Of a stretch of DNA of 64,000 nucleotides, positions 1 through 10,584 are shown piece after piece. The DNA is taken from the NCBI GenBank assembly GCA_963668675.2, contig CAXXMB010000002.1, positions 2,208,001-2,272,000 on the forward strand, given 5' to 3'. The notes beneath the pieces were generated by a model. The model saw nothing but the letters and a program-made list of their open reading frames with translations, had not been told where the DNA came from and searched no databases. Both the position numbers and the translations under genes were made by a program. This DNA is from an uncultured Desulfatitalea sp. (GTDB lineage Bacteria; Desulfobacterota; Desulfobacteria; Desulfobacterales; Desulfosarcinaceae). How positions within the stretch are numbered: the stretch's first letter is position 1; each line of letters starts with the position of its first letter.

Positions 1-876
1 GCCTATTATGCTGCCCTGGACTACTGCAAGACCCGTCCCCAGGGGCGCATCCCGGGACAGAAAGATCCGACGAGCCCCCAGGTGCCCATCGTCGAGCACG
101 CCGATATCCGTCGCATGCTGCTGTTCCAACGTGCCGTGATCGAGGGATCGGAGGGCCTCCTTATGCAGTGCGCCCTTTACGAAGACTACCTGAGATGCAA
201 ACCCAAAGAGGAGCACGAGCGTTATGAGCTCCTGCTCGACCTGCTTACCCCCATGGCCAAGACCTATCCGTCCGAAATGGCCATTCACACCACAAGCCAG
301 GCCATCCAGTGCCTGGGCGGCTATGGCTACTGCGAGGATTTCCCGGTCGAGCAGTACTTCCGTGACTGCCGCATCCACCCGATCCACGAAGGTACCACCG
401 GTATTCAGGGCATGGACCTGCTGGGCCGCAAGGTGATCATGAAAGGAGGCAAGGCGTTCCTTCTCTTCAAGCAGGAGGTCAGCGCAGATATAAAAAAGGC
501 CCACGGTATTGCTCCGCTTGAGCCTCTGGTAGAAAAGCTCGAAGAGGCCATGCAGATTCTCGAGCAGACCACGGCCAAGCTGGGCGCCGTTTTCGGTGAA
601 AAGGGCGTGGCGGTCTACCTGGCCGACGCCACCCTCTACCTGGAGATGTTCGGCATCATCGCCGTGGCGTGGCAATGGCTGCTGCAGGCCGCCGCGGCCC
701 AACAGGCGCTGGACGGCAAACCCAAATCAGCCGACATTAATTTCTATAAGGGCAAGCTGGTCACAGCAAGATACTTCTTCGCCTACGAGATGCCCAAGAT
801 CCACAGCATCGTTCAACGGCTCACCGACGGCGATCCGCTGACCGTGGAGATGGAGAGCGCCTTTTTAAACGACTAG
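1..876 (+). CDS. Acyl-CoA dehydrogenase, C-terminal part (5'-truncated by window)
   Basis: QCLGGYGY...EQYFRDCRIHPIHEGTTGIQGMDLLGRK motif; frame open to window start. Confidence 0.9.
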   Translation, partial: AYYAALDYCKTRPQGRIPGQKDPTSPQVPIVEHADIRRMLLFQRAVIEGSEGLLMQCALYEDYLRCKPKEEHERYELLLDLLTPMAKTYPSEMAIHTTSQAIQCLGGYGYCEDFPVEQYFRDCRIHPIHEGTTGIQGMDLLGRKVIMKGGKAFLLFKQEVSADIKKAHGIAPLEPLVEKLEEAMQILEQTTAKLGAVFGEKGVAVYLADATLYLEMFGIIAVAWQWLLQAAAAQQALDGKPKSADINFYKGKLVTARYFFAYEMPKIHSIVQRLTDGDPLTVEMESAFLND

Positions 877-998
877 ACCCATATGAGCATTAGATTCAAG
901 CAAATGATCCGGACGGCACGGCAGAAATTTACGCGCCGTCCGGATCATGACAGACCGACCCAACCCGATCCACCTCCTGATCCTAAACGAAAGAGACC

Positions 999-1442
999 TT
1001 GAATCTGCCATGCATCTGGGAGCGGAACAGCGAGGCGATCATCAACTCAATACTTCTCATTTTATCAGCGCTCTTCTGGGTGGGTACCCTCATTGCGGTG
1101 CCCCTGATTCTCGTATGGCTGCCCGCCGACTACCTGACGGCCCAAAGCAACGAAGGCCTTGTTCGCCAGACCGGAGGCGTGTGGCGCTACCCCTACTGGA
1201 TCTTCAAGAATCTGATCGGGGCGATATTCATCATCGCCGGCATCATCATGCTGTTCCTGCCGGGCCAGGGAATTTTGACCATTGTACTTGGGCTGGCTCT
1301 GATCAATTTCCCCGGCAAACGAAGGGTGATTCTCCGGCTCTTTGGTCACCCTCGCATTTTTAACGCCATCAACCGCCTGCGAGCCAAGGCCGGCAAACCT
1401 CCCCTGGAAGAGCCTCTTGACGAGTCGCACGATCCTGCCTGA
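999..1442 (+). CDS. PGPGW-domain-like small membrane protein
   Basis: Hydrophobic helices with LFLPGQGILTI motif. Confidence 0.7.
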   Translation: MNLPCIWERNSEAIINSILLILSALFWVGTLIAVPLILVWLPADYLTAQSNEGLVRQTGGVWRYPYWIFKNLIGAIFIIAGIIMLFLPGQGILTIVLGLALINFPGKRRVILRLFGHPRIFNAINRLRAKAGKPPLEEPLDESHDPA

Positions 1443-1637
1443 TGACGACCCCCTAATACTGATTACGTTTCACTTTGCATTTCCGGGAGAGCCGGACGAC
1501 ACTTTTTGTTGGATAGGGATGGTTGTCCATGATACCGATGGCCTGAGCATGCTGGTGAGCGTTGCTTATGTCCCTAACTCAAGAGGGCAGGTAAAACGGC
1601 CGATGAGAGGGATGGTCTCCACCAGCGCGGATGCCAC

Positions 1638-1729
1638 GGACGGGTGTAAAGCCCGCATCTACGATAATTGCAATAATTAAAGCTCGTTATCATACACAAA
1701 CGAGGTAGGGGCAGGATATGTTCCCGCCC
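1638..1729. repeat. Pair of GTAG-type REP-like palindromes (1638-1662 on -, 1705-1729 on +)
   Basis: GTAGATGCGGGCTTTACACCCGTCC (minus) and GTAGGGGCAGGATATGTTCCCGCCC (plus); related to the copy at 10525. Confidence 0.65.
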
Positions 1730-1764
1730 GGGTAATATCCCCTTGGAAGGGTTTGGCAGGAAGC

Positions 1765-2508
1765 ATGAACCATACCGATAACAGCAAACTGCCGTTGCAC
1801 AGCAGGGCCAGACGGCGCACATGCCTCTCTTGCGGCGGAGAGCTGCCGCCGCGGCATCGGCGCTACTGCGCCAACGCCTGCCGGCAGCAGCTTCTGGCGA
1901 CGCTCAACCGTCGTACCGGGTTGTTGCGGGCATTGAATACCCGTTATGCGACCTTCTATTTCACCGATTTCGTCATCGTGATGGATCTGCTCACCTACGG
2001 TGCCGAACAGATTTACAGCTACATGCTGCCCCGCGCGCTAGGCCGCAAACCGGTGGAAGACTTCTGCGATCTCTCCAACATGCTCGGCACCGAGTGGTGG
2101 AACGAGCGCAACCGCACCAAGAAGCGCTATGTCGCCTCCCAGCGTGTCCTGGAAAAGGCCTCCAAAGCCGATAAACCGGCCCAGACGGTCATCCCGTCCA
2201 CCCTGGCCGTACCGTCTGTCGGCGTCAGGCATCTGATGACCCTGGAGCTCAGCACCGATGAGCTGACACCATCCAACATGCAGAACAGCATCAAGCGGGC
2301 CTACCGCAATCAGGTCAAACGCCACCATCCCGATCTGGGCGGCAGCGCCCAGGCGTTCCTCAAGATCCAGGAGGCGTATGAGCGTCTGATTCACTGGACC
2401 AAGAACCCCACCTACATCCGCAGGAGCGGCTTTCCCGACAAGTGGCTCTACGAAGGCGCCAACAACCGCTGGCTGCAGCCGATCGTGCCGCGCCGAACTC
2501 GCCGCTAG
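1765..2508 (+). CDS. J-domain protein with N-terminal Cys4 zinc-finger-like motif
   Basis: CLSC...RYCANAC, and IKRAYRNQVKRHHPDLGG...FLKIQEAYERL (HPD motif). Confidence 0.8.
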   Translation: MNHTDNSKLPLHSRARRRTCLSCGGELPPRHRRYCANACRQQLLATLNRRTGLLRALNTRYATFYFTDFVIVMDLLTYGAEQIYSYMLPRALGRKPVEDFCDLSNMLGTEWWNERNRTKKRYVASQRVLEKASKADKPAQTVIPSTLAVPSVGVRHLMTLELSTDELTPSNMQNSIKRAYRNQVKRHHPDLGGSAQAFLKIQEAYERLIHWTKNPTYIRRSGFPDKWLYEGANNRWLQPIVPRRTRR

Positions 2509-2519
2509 CCCTCTCCTTC

Positions 2520-2867
2520 TCACCTCGATGTTGGTGTCGATGCCCCCTGCCGGCCCTCGAGCAGTTCGATGATGCGCGCCTGCTGTTGCAGGAGCTTCAG
2601 GTTGGTCTCCACCGTGTAGCGGGTGGCCACGGCAATCTGGCGCAGGTAGGTTTCGGACATGTTGGTGGAGAGGGTGCGGGTGTTGTCGTCGTGGGCTGCC
2701 AAATCGCGATAGAAATCCTCGCCGAGTTGGATGAAGATGGCGGCCGGCGGATAGGGCGCGGATGGCTTCTGGGGGCGTTTTGCATCGGCCAGCGTGGCAG
2801 CGGCGGCGATGGCAAGTGCAACGGCGCTAACGCCGATCAGCAGGGTCGGGCGTTTTACACCTCTCAT
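2520..2867 (-). CDS. Hypothetical exported protein
   Basis: Signal-peptide-like N-terminus, RBS AAGGAG, directly downstream of chaN-like gene. Confidence 0.6.
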   Translation of the reverse strand: MRGVKRPTLLIGVSAVALAIAAAATLADAKRPQKPSAPYPPAAIFIQLGEDFYRDLAAHDDNTRTLSTNMSETYLRQIAVATRYTVETNLKLLQQQARIIELLEGRQGASTPTSR

Positions 2868-2887
2868 GTTCTTCTCCTTTGAATCCT

Positions 2888-3727
2888 TTAAAATCGAATT
2901 AAATAGTCGGCTTCGGACGGGCCCACCAGGTCGGGTTCGAAGGCGCCGGGGGTTTCGGGCAGCAATACGAGCGTGGGCCAGGGGGCCCGCTTGGCCAGCT
3001 GGGCCGGAATTGCCTGCTTCTGGGCATGGCCGGCCCCGGCCAGGATCACCAGGATCGTATTATCATTTGCCTCCAGGTACTGGGCCGCGTAGACGGCCAT
3101 GGCGGTGTCCCAGAGCAGTTGGGCCTCACAGAAATAATCAAACTGCATCTTCCCGTGCGCATGGGCGTCATAGGCTTCGCGGATGTAGTCCCGGTAGGCC
3201 GGGGTCACATCGCAGGTCACCGGCCCCAGGATCTCTTTTTGGGTTTCATTGAGAGATGCGAAGCCGTTATAGGCGACCTGTTTGGAAACGCCGCGATCCA
3301 CGTTGAGGCCGACCATGGGGATGCTGTGTTCGCGTGCATATTGGAAAATGGGCCTGTAGATGGCCCACTTGAAGTTCCAGTTGTCCAAAAAGATCGGCTT
3401 GAACTGCGCTTCATCGATCTGGCCGTCGATCCAGCGGTCCAAATCGGCCTGACTCTCCCTGCGGAACATCTCCAGTCCTATGGCCACCCGGTTTCCCGAC
3501 GTTACCAGGGAGCGGATCACCTCCAGTTGCGCCTGGTGATGGGATTCGATGGCGTGGTGCTCACCCACCAGAATCACCCTGGCTTTCACCAGTCGCTCTT
3601 GCATCGTCGCTTTATCAATCGTGCGCTGCTCCCTGAGGTCGAACAGCTGCAGCTCTCCGCCTCCGAGCAGGGCCCGGCAGCCTATCAGCAGCCCGACCAC
3701 GGCAACTGAGACGATTATTCTCTTCAT
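2888..3727 (-). CDS. ChaN-family (haem-uptake-like) lipoprotein
   Basis: Lipobox LLIGC; ILVGEHH, IGLEMF, AQLLWDTAMA, LAGAGH motifs. Confidence 0.8.
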   Translation of the reverse strand: MKRIIVSVAVVGLLIGCRALLGGGELQLFDLREQRTIDKATMQERLVKARVILVGEHHAIESHHQAQLEVIRSLVTSGNRVAIGLEMFRRESQADLDRWIDGQIDEAQFKPIFLDNWNFKWAIYRPIFQYAREHSIPMVGLNVDRGVSKQVAYNGFASLNETQKEILGPVTCDVTPAYRDYIREAYDAHAHGKMQFDYFCEAQLLWDTAMAVYAAQYLEANDNTILVILAGAGHAQKQAIPAQLAKRAPWPTLVLLPETPGAFEPDLVGPSEADYLIRF

Positions 3728-3909
3728 GGGTTCACCTCTATCCAGCTCTTTTGCATGGCCCGTATCGGACCGGTTGGCCCAATCTAAGCGCCCACAGACC
3801 CGCTGTCAAAAACGGCAGCAACGAGAGGGGGCGACGGCCGGCGCAATGGGTTGACATTTCGGATTGAAAAGCTGAAATTAGGCGATTCGATATCCGGACA
3901 GGAGCAACG

Positions 3910-4350
3910 ATGGTGGACCCATTCTGGACGAACAAGACCCTGGATCAATTGACCCCTGAGCAGTGGGAGGCGCTGTGCGACGGCTGCGGTCGCTGCTGCC
4001 TGCAGAAGCTCAAGAGCGCCACCACGGGCAAGGTCTCCTACACGTGGGTGGCCTGCTACCTGCTGGACATCGAGCGTTGCCGCTGCGACGATTACGACCT
4101 GCGCCATGTGCTGGTCCCCGATTGCCTGGAGCTGAGTGCGGAGAACATTCCCCGACTCCACTGGCTTCCCCGAACCTGCGCCTATCGCCTGGTGGCTGCC
4201 GGCAAAGAGCTGCCCGAATGGCATCCGCTGGTCAGCGGTTCGCCGGAGACAGTTCACACCGCTGGCATCTCGGTGCGAGAGCGTGCTATTTCAGAAGAGC
4301 ACGTCCATCCCGACGACCTGGAAAAGTTTGTGATGAAGAAGCGGTTTTAG
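3910..4350 (+). CDS. YcgN-family cysteine-cluster protein (UPF0260)
   Basis: WEALCDGCGRCCL...WLPRTCAYR...WHPLVSG. Confidence 0.9.
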   Translation: MVDPFWTNKTLDQLTPEQWEALCDGCGRCCLQKLKSATTGKVSYTWVACYLLDIERCRCDDYDLRHVLVPDCLELSAENIPRLHWLPRTCAYRLVAAGKELPEWHPLVSGSPETVHTAGISVRERAISEEHVHPDDLEKFVMKKRF

Positions 4351-4354
4351 TTGC

Positions 4355-6844
4355 CTACATGGTGGCCTGGTACGTCGTGATATCTTCGGCCAGGAAGGTT
4401 CGACTGCCATATAGCTCCGGCGCCAGGGCAGGCCAGTGGGATGGGTACATGGTCGTGAAAACGCGCTGGAACATCGCTTCGAGCAGCTGGTCGGCGGCAA
4501 TGATGGCGTTGGGGGTGTCGAGGCTGGCTTCGGCCCGCTGGACCTTCTCCAGGCGCGCCTTGAGTTTCTCGAGCAGTTCAAAGTAGAGCAGCACTTCACT
4601 TCGATGTTGCGGTTTATTTTCCCCGCTCTCCATCTCCTGGGTGAGCTTGGTTCTCATTTGACTGATCTTCTCGGCGGAGGCCTCTTTCAAGTAGCGGCGC
4701 TTGTCCCCGCTGCTGAAGAAGGATTGGTCACCCACCGCTTTGCCCACTGTCTCTTCAATCTCCTCCGTCTCCTTTTTCAATCCTGCGGAGATGTCGCCGA
4801 TCAGCCCTTGGGGCACGGTCGCGTCCACCCGGGAGAAGACCTCTCCATATTCTGACATTTTGGTCTGGAATTCGGCCACGGCGCTGTTCCAGAAGAGCCG
4901 ACTGATGCGGGTCACATCTTTCATCAGGTCGGGGCCGGCCGGATCGACCACTTTGAGGCGGTCGAGGATCTCCGGAAAGACGTGGGCTGTGGTGGCAAAG
5001 AGGTTTTCGCCGGTGACCAGCTTGAAGATGATGGCAATGGTGGCATACCAGTCCTGCAGGTGAAGTATGGCGGGCAGGTCTTCGTAGGCTTCCAGCAAGA
5101 TGGCGTTGGACATGAGATGGGTCGGCGTCGCATAGAGGGGCGTGCCGGCCATCTGAGGCTGGGGAATCAGTATGGGGTCATCGGCGTCGGTGGCCACGGC
5201 CGTCTCCACGTCGATCAAGCCGATGGAAAACTTGTCGGGATTATTGAGGAAGACCGGGTATTCGTCGGGATTGCCGGCCACGAAGAGGTTCTCCGGCTTG
5301 AGGTCGCGCAGGGCCAGACCCCGCTGCCCGATCCAATCCAGCAGGTTCAATATATTGGTGGCCATGCCCTCGAATTGCCGCCGGTGCTGAGAGAAGCGCG
5401 TTTCGCGAATGTAGTCGGTCAAATGGCGTCGATAGAGATCGACTTCAAATTGATGTTTTTTGGTCACCTTGGCGAGCACTTGGTTGAGCTTGGCGACCGT
5501 CTCTACAGGCAGTTGGGTCTCTTCGCGCCGGATCGTCTCGCCGGCCATGTGGGCCAGAAACCACTGTTTGAGGTTATAGGTCGGCACCGATTTGCTGACG
5601 TCGGCCGCCTCGAGCACTTCGCGCAACCTCCCTTCACAGTGGTAGTAGGCTTCCTGAAGCGCCTGGGAGACCGGTCCGGCCGTCTCGCCATAGCGGCAGA
5701 CAAAGCCGTGTTGGTCCCAAAGCAATTCAGGATGTTGGCGTGCCTCCAGAATCAGCTGTCCGTAACCACTGTGGATCTCCTCCAGGGTGGAGCTGAGGAA
5801 GTGGTGCTTGGCCAGGTCCATGAAGAAGGCGAATGAGTCATCGATCTTCAGATGCTCCTGCAACTCGACGTCGGTTTGCAGCAGGTGGGTATACCTCTTT
5901 TCGAGCATCTCCTCAGAGAGCGATTCGCTGTCGGGAAAGGTGTGCACTGCCTTCAAAATAACCGATACGCGCGGGACGATGCACGGACTGGGCGCCAGCC
6001 GGTCCACGATGCGCCCCTCGGCGGCAATTTGGCGCTTGTAGTCGCTGAATTTGCTCATCGGCAGCGGTGGTATTTTGATCACGAGGTGGGAGTCGTAGAT
6101 CACATAGAAACATCGGCTGCGGCTGCCGCCGCCCTGGCCCAGCATGCCGATGGACATGCGCCGCGTCATCCACTCATCGTCGTGCAGGATGCGCATCTCG
6201 TAGGTTTCGTTGGGGCAGGTGAGGCGGGTCTCGGTGCGTACGATCTGGGCCGGCGCGTCGGGGTCGACCTCATGTTGCTTCTTGAACAGACTAAGAAAGA
6301 AGCGCATTACCTGCTGTTGATCGGAAAGCTTGAGGGTTGGTTTGGGCTGCTTGGACGGCACGCTCGGTTTGCGGACCACCCTCTTTTCAGGTTTGATTCT
6401 GTTTGCCTCGGCTGCGGTTGGACGATTCGAGGAGAGGACCGATTTACGCCTCGGCCGAAGTAGCATGGCCAGCAATAGGGAGACCACAAGTACGGGGGCA
6501 CCCACCACCCATTTGGCATAGAGCTTGACGGCCTCTTTGTTGACGCCAACCTTTTGATACGCCTGTTTGGCCGAGTTTTGGAGACGGACCCAGAGAGAGT
6601 CATCCGGACCCTTATCCTCCACACGTTCCGTATTCGCCAGACGGGCCGTCTCGATATGGTCATTGTCGGGCGACAGCTCTCCCGGCACCGCCCAGCATAC
6701 ACTGATCCACACCGTGAACAGCAATACGGATAAGGTGGCGAGGCGGCATATTCGGGTCGGGGGTTTTGTCATTTTAATTTGGCGCCGATCGCTTTCAGGA
6801 CGCCCTTTTTCAGGTCGATGCGTGCTTGCACTCTGTAGCGGCAC
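4355..6844 (-). CDS. Membrane-anchored Ser/Thr protein kinase-like protein (start may be 6772)
   Basis: LGQGGG loop, LVIK, LRDLKPENL, GTPLYATP; N-terminal signal plus one TM helix. Confidence 0.75.
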   Translation of the reverse strand: MPLQSASTHRPEKGRPESDRRQIKMTKPPTRICRLATLSVLLFTVWISVCWAVPGELSPDNDHIETARLANTERVEDKGPDDSLWVRLQNSAKQAYQKVGVNKEAVKLYAKWVVGAPVLVVSLLLAMLLRPRRKSVLSSNRPTAAEANRIKPEKRVVRKPSVPSKQPKPTLKLSDQQQVMRFFLSLFKKQHEVDPDAPAQIVRTETRLTCPNETYEMRILHDDEWMTRRMSIGMLGQGGGSRSRCFYVIYDSHLVIKIPPLPMSKFSDYKRQIAAEGRIVDRLAPSPCIVPRVSVILKAVHTFPDSESLSEEMLEKRYTHLLQTDVELQEHLKIDDSFAFFMDLAKHHFLSSTLEEIHSGYGQLILEARQHPELLWDQHGFVCRYGETAGPVSQALQEAYYHCEGRLREVLEAADVSKSVPTYNLKQWFLAHMAGETIRREETQLPVETVAKLNQVLAKVTKKHQFEVDLYRRHLTDYIRETRFSQHRRQFEGMATNILNLLDWIGQRGLALRDLKPENLFVAGNPDEYPVFLNNPDKFSIGLIDVETAVATDADDPILIPQPQMAGTPLYATPTHLMSNAILLEAYEDLPAILHLQDWYATIAIIFKLVTGENLFATTAHVFPEILDRLKVVDPAGPDLMKDVTRISRLFWNSAVAEFQTKMSEYGEVFSRVDATVPQGLIGDISAGLKKETEEIEETVGKAVGDQSFFSSGDKRRYLKEASAEKISQMRTKLTQEMESGENKPQHRSEVLLYFELLEKLKARLEKVQRAEASLDTPNAIIAADQLLEAMFQRVFTTMYPSHWPALAPELYGSRTFLAEDITTYQATM

Positions 6845-6847
6845 GGG

Positions 6848-7594
6848 TCAGGCGGCCATCCGCTCGCTCAGTTGGACCAACAGTTTAACCGGCCCCACAT
6901 CCACGACATCTTCATGGTTCAATTTCACTGTGCCCTTGACGCGGGATCCATTGCGCTTGGGCTTGACCCAACCACCGGCATATCTTAGGAAATAGTCACC
7001 CGATTGTTTCGTGATGACCGCTGCCGGTCCGCCCATCACCACCGACCAGAGGCCACCGATCACGATATCGGCGTCGTCGTTGATGCCGATGTCGATCTGC
7101 CGTTCGGAGAGAGGCCGGCTCCCTTCGCCACCAGCCAAAAAGGCAAGGAAATCATTTTCGGGGCGAACCTCTTTGGGGGTTGGGGTCAATATGGCCTCTT
7201 TTGCCGGTGCAACCTGGTCGTTCTCCATCAACATGGTGCTAGCGGTGTCGAAGGGGCCGGGAAGTGTATCGTAGGCGTCATCCGAGGGTTCCACCGTGAT
7301 GGTGTCCGACCAGTCGGCCTGGAGCACATGTTTGCCGATGGTGACCACGTCGTTGTTGTTCAGTGTCACCTGGGTCACCGGCTGTCCGTTGCAGAAGGTG
7401 CCGTTTTTGCTGTCCGTATCGGTGAGTACCACACGATCGCCCTCGTGCTCGATTCGTGCGTGGTGGCCAGATACCGCCAGGTTTTCAATGACAATATCAT
7501 TTTCAGTGCGCCTGCCGATGGTTAACCGGTCACCTTCGGCCAGTGGATATGCGCCCAGAATTTTTTCCTTAAAGATAAGGATGAGTTTTGGCAT
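6848..7594 (-). CDS. FHA-domain protein (canonical N-terminal FHA plus degenerate C-terminal FHA)
   Basis: TIGRRTENDIVIENLAVSGHHARI...DTDSKNGTFCNG. Confidence 0.85.
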   Translation of the reverse strand: MPKLILIFKEKILGAYPLAEGDRLTIGRRTENDIVIENLAVSGHHARIEHEGDRVVLTDTDSKNGTFCNGQPVTQVTLNNNDVVTIGKHVLQADWSDTITVEPSDDAYDTLPGPFDTASTMLMENDQVAPAKEAILTPTPKEVRPENDFLAFLAGGEGSRPLSERQIDIGINDDADIVIGGLWSVVMGGPAAVITKQSGDYFLRYAGGWVKPKRNGSRVKGTVKLNHEDVVDVGPVKLLVQLSERMAA

Positions 7595-7750
7595 GATCCC
7601 CTTCCTTCTCTCGATCGTGTCAAGCTACTGGCGGGTTAGGGGAGATACGTGACAAAAATTGTCTCTCCGGATGACAAAGCCCACCCTTTCCCGTTCGATT
7701 CGTTTCGCTTGCTATGTTGTGGCCAGAGGCCGATTTGGCGCAACGATGGT

Positions 7751-7800
7751 TTGACAACATTGCGGCCATGATTAAATTCTGCATGAATTAATGCAAGAAT
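7751..7800 (+). promoter_or_regulatory. Putative sigma70 promoter of clpB with overlapping imperfect inverted repeat
   Basis: TTGACA-N16-TAAATT; ATTCTGCAT-N6-ATGCAAGAAT. Confidence 0.4.
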
Positions 7801-7824
7801 CGGACCATTAATATGGGAGGAAGT

Positions 7825-10407
7825 ATGCGTTTCGACAAATTTACCATCAAATCCCAGGAGTTGATCCAGAGCGCCCAGTCGATGGCCAGTCGGTTCAACA
7901 ACCAGCAGATCGAACCCGAACATCTCCTATCGGCCATGTTGGCCGAGCGGGAGGGCGTGGCCAACTCGATGCTTCGCAAGCTGGGCGTAAGCCCGGGTGC
8001 CATCGCCCAGGAGGCGACCGCGGCATTGGAGCGGCTTCCCAAAGTGACCGGCGCGGGCGAGGTCTATCTCTCTTCGAGGGCCAAATCGGTTCTGGAGCGC
8101 GCGTTTGCCGAAGCCGACAAGATGAAGGATGAGTATGTCAGCATCGAGCACATCCTGTTGGCCGTTGTGGATGAGAAGGGCGGTGATGCGCGCAGGATTC
8201 TGGAAAAGTATGGCGTCCGGCGCGATGCCATTTTGAAGGTGCTCATGGAGATCCGCGGTTCCCAGCGTATCACCGACCCCAACCCGGAGGAGAAGTACCA
8301 GGCACTGGACAAATTCAGTCGCGACCTGACCGAGCTGGCGAGGCTGGGCAAGATCGATCCGGTCATCGGACGCGACGAGGAGATCCGGCGCATCGTGCAG
8401 GTGCTCTCCCGGCGCACCAAGAACAATCCGGTGCTCATCGGCGAGCCGGGCGTGGGCAAGACTGCCATTGTAGAGGGGCTGGCCCAGCGCATCGTGGCCG
8501 GGGATGTCTCCGAGAGCCTGAAGAACCGCCGCCTGGTGGCCTTGGACATGGGCGCTTTGATCGCCGGGGCCAAGTACCGTGGTGAGTTCGAGGATCGGCT
8601 CAAGGCGGTGCTCAAGGAGGTGGAGAAGGCCGAAGGCGAAGTGATTCTCTTTATCGATGAGTTGCACACCCTGGTCGGCGCCGGCGCCAGCGAGGGTGCC
8701 ATGGACGCCTCCAACATGCTCAAGCCGGCCCTGGCCCGTGGCACCCTGCGCTGTGTGGGGGCCACCACCATCAACGAGTACCGCAAATATATCGAGAAGG
8801 ACGCTGCCCTGGAGCGGCGCTTCCAGCCGGTTCTGGTGACCGAGCCCACCGTCGAGGATACCATCTCGATCCTGCGTGGACTGAAGGAGAAGTACGAGGT
8901 GCACCATGGCGTGCGTATTAAGGATTCGGCCATCGTGGCGGCCGCGACCCTGTCCGACCGCTATATCGCCGACCGCTTCTTGCCGGACAAAGCCATCGAT
9001 TTAATTGATGAATGCGCCTCCAAGTTGCGCATTGAAATCGACTCCATGCCGGCGGAGATCGACGAGGTGCGCCGAAGAATCACCCAGGCTGAGATCGAAC
9101 GCCAGGCCCTGAAGAAGGAGTCGGATGCCGCCTCCAAGGAGCGGTTGGCCAAGCTGGAGAACGATCTGGAATCGATGCGGGCCAACATGGCTCACATGAA
9201 AGCCCATTGGGACCGCGAAAAGGCGACCATCGAAACCATCCGCAAAATCAAGGAGGAGCTGGAGCAGGTGGGCATCGCCCAGCAGAAGGCCGAGCGCGAG
9301 GGCGATCTGGCCCGAGTGGCCGAACTGCGTTACGGTAGGGCCATTGAGCTGAATCAGCAGATGGAGGCGGCGCGTGGCGAATTCGAGGCCCTGCAGAGCG
9401 AGCGCAAGATGCTCAAGGAAGAGGTGGACGACGAGGATGTGGCCGAAGTTGTGGCACGCTGGACCGGCATACCGGTCAGTCGTATGCTGGAGAGTGAACG
9501 CGAGAAGCTGGTCGGTATGGAGGATCGTCTGGGCCGCCGGGTGATCGGGCAGCGGAACGCCATCGAGGCGGTCTCCAACGCGGTTCGCCGGGCCCGTTCG
9601 GGACTGCAGGACCCCAACCGGCCCATCGGCTCGTTCATCTTCATGGGGCCCACCGGCGTAGGCAAGACCGAACTGGCCAAGGCCCTGGCCGAGTTCATCT
9701 TCGACGACGAGCAGGCCATCGTGCGCGTCGATATGTCCGAGTATATGGAGAAGCACGCCGTGGCGCGACTCATCGGCGCGCCTCCGGGATATGTGGGTTA
9801 TGAAGAGGGCGGCTACCTCACCGAAGCCGTCCGACGGCGGCCCTACTCGGTGGTGCTCTTCGACGAGATCGAAAAGGCCCACCCCGAGGTGTTCAACGTA
9901 TTGCTGCAGATCCTCGATGATGGCCGCATGACCGATGGCCACGGCAAGACGGTCGATTTCAAGAACACCATCATCATCATGACCTCAAATGTCGGAAGCC
10001 AGTACATTCAGGAGTTGGGCAGCGACCAGCGTACCGAAATGGAGCGACGGGTCACCGATGCGCTGCGGGCGCAGTTCAAGCCGGAGTTTCTCAACCGCAT
10101 CGACGAGACCATCATCTTTCTCAATTTGACGGTCGATCAGATCGGCGCGATTGTGGATATTCAACTTCAGCGTCTGTCCAAGCGGCTGGCCGAACGGAAA
10201 ATCACCTTTGCGTTGGGCGAAGAGGCCAAGGAGCTGCTCATCGAGCATGGCTACGATCCGGTGTACGGTGCCCGCCCGCTCAAACGTGCCATCCAGCACT
10301 ACATCGAGAATCCCATGGCCATGGCGATTTTAAAGGGCGAAATTGCCGATGGTTCCCATCTGCTTGCCGGGGTGGAGGGGGATGAGATGGTGTTTCGGCA
10401 GGGGTAG
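7825..10407 (+). CDS. clpB: ATP-dependent chaperone ClpB
   Basis: Two AAA modules ([16 protein letters not shown]), M-domain coiled coil, RBS GGAGG. Confidence 0.97.
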   Translation: MRFDKFTIKSQELIQSAQSMASRFNNQQIEPEHLLSAMLAEREGVANSMLRKLGVSPGAIAQEATAALERLPKVTGAGEVYLSSRAKSVLERAFAEADKMKDEYVSIEHILLAVVDEKGGDARRILEKYGVRRDAILKVLMEIRGSQRITDPNPEEKYQALDKFSRDLTELARLGKIDPVIGRDEEIRRIVQVLSRRTKNNPVLIGEPGVGKTAIVEGLAQRIVAGDVSESLKNRRLVALDMGALIAGAKYRGEFEDRLKAVLKEVEKAEGEVILFIDELHTLVGAGASEGAMDASNMLKPALARGTLRCVGATTINEYRKYIEKDAALERRFQPVLVTEPTVEDTISILRGLKEKYEVHHGVRIKDSAIVAAATLSDRYIADRFLPDKAIDLIDECASKLRIEIDSMPAEIDEVRRRITQAEIERQALKKESDAASKERLAKLENDLESMRANMAHMKAHWDREKATIETIRKIKEELEQVGIAQQKAEREGDLARVAELRYGRAIELNQQMEAARGEFEALQSERKMLKEEVDDEDVAEVVARWTGIPVSRMLESEREKLVGMEDRLGRRVIGQRNAIEAVSNAVRRARSGLQDPNRPIGSFIFMGPTGVGKTELAKALAEFIFDDEQAIVRVDMSEYMEKHAVARLIGAPPGYVGYEEGGYLTEAVRRRPYSVVLFDEIEKAHPEVFNVLLQILDDGRMTDGHGKTVDFKNTIIIMTSNVGSQYIQELGSDQRTEMERRVTDALRAQFKPEFLNRIDETIIFLNLTVDQIGAIVDIQLQRLSKRLAERKITFALGEEAKELLIEHGYDPVYGARPLKRAIQHYIENPMAMAILKGEIADGSHLLAGVEGDEMVFRQG

Positions 10408-10420
10408 TGATTAAATTTGT

Positions 10421-10478
10421 GTGCATGTGGCAAGGGGGGCCTGGCTGACGTCAGCCAGGCCCCCCTTGCCACATGCAC
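10421..10478. repeat. Perfect 58-bp palindrome with no spacer
   Basis: GTGCATGTGGCAAGGGGGGCCTGGCTGAC|GTCAGCCAGGCCCCCCTTGCCACATGCAC. Confidence 0.9.
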
Positions 10479-10524
10479 CTCAACCAACGTACTGCCGAAA
10501 GCTGTTTTGCTAAAGTGGGAAAAA

Positions 10525-10549
10525 GTAGGGGCGGGCTTTACGCCCGCCC
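10525..10549 (+). repeat. GTAG-type REP-like palindrome
   Basis: GTAGGGGCGGGCTTTACGCCCGCCC. Confidence 0.7.
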
Positions 10550-10584
10550 GCATTTTCTTGTTTGAACCATAATTCGAATCGGAA

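Noticed and set aside
7595..7824. CIRCE or HAIR heat-shock operator before clpB
   Set aside because: No TTAGCACTC-N9-GAGTGCTAA or CTTGAGT-N7-ACTCAAG match seen.
10421..10478. Protelomerase (telRL-like) site
   Set aside because: The size is similar, but the sequence is GC-rich and no protelomerase or phage genes are in the window.
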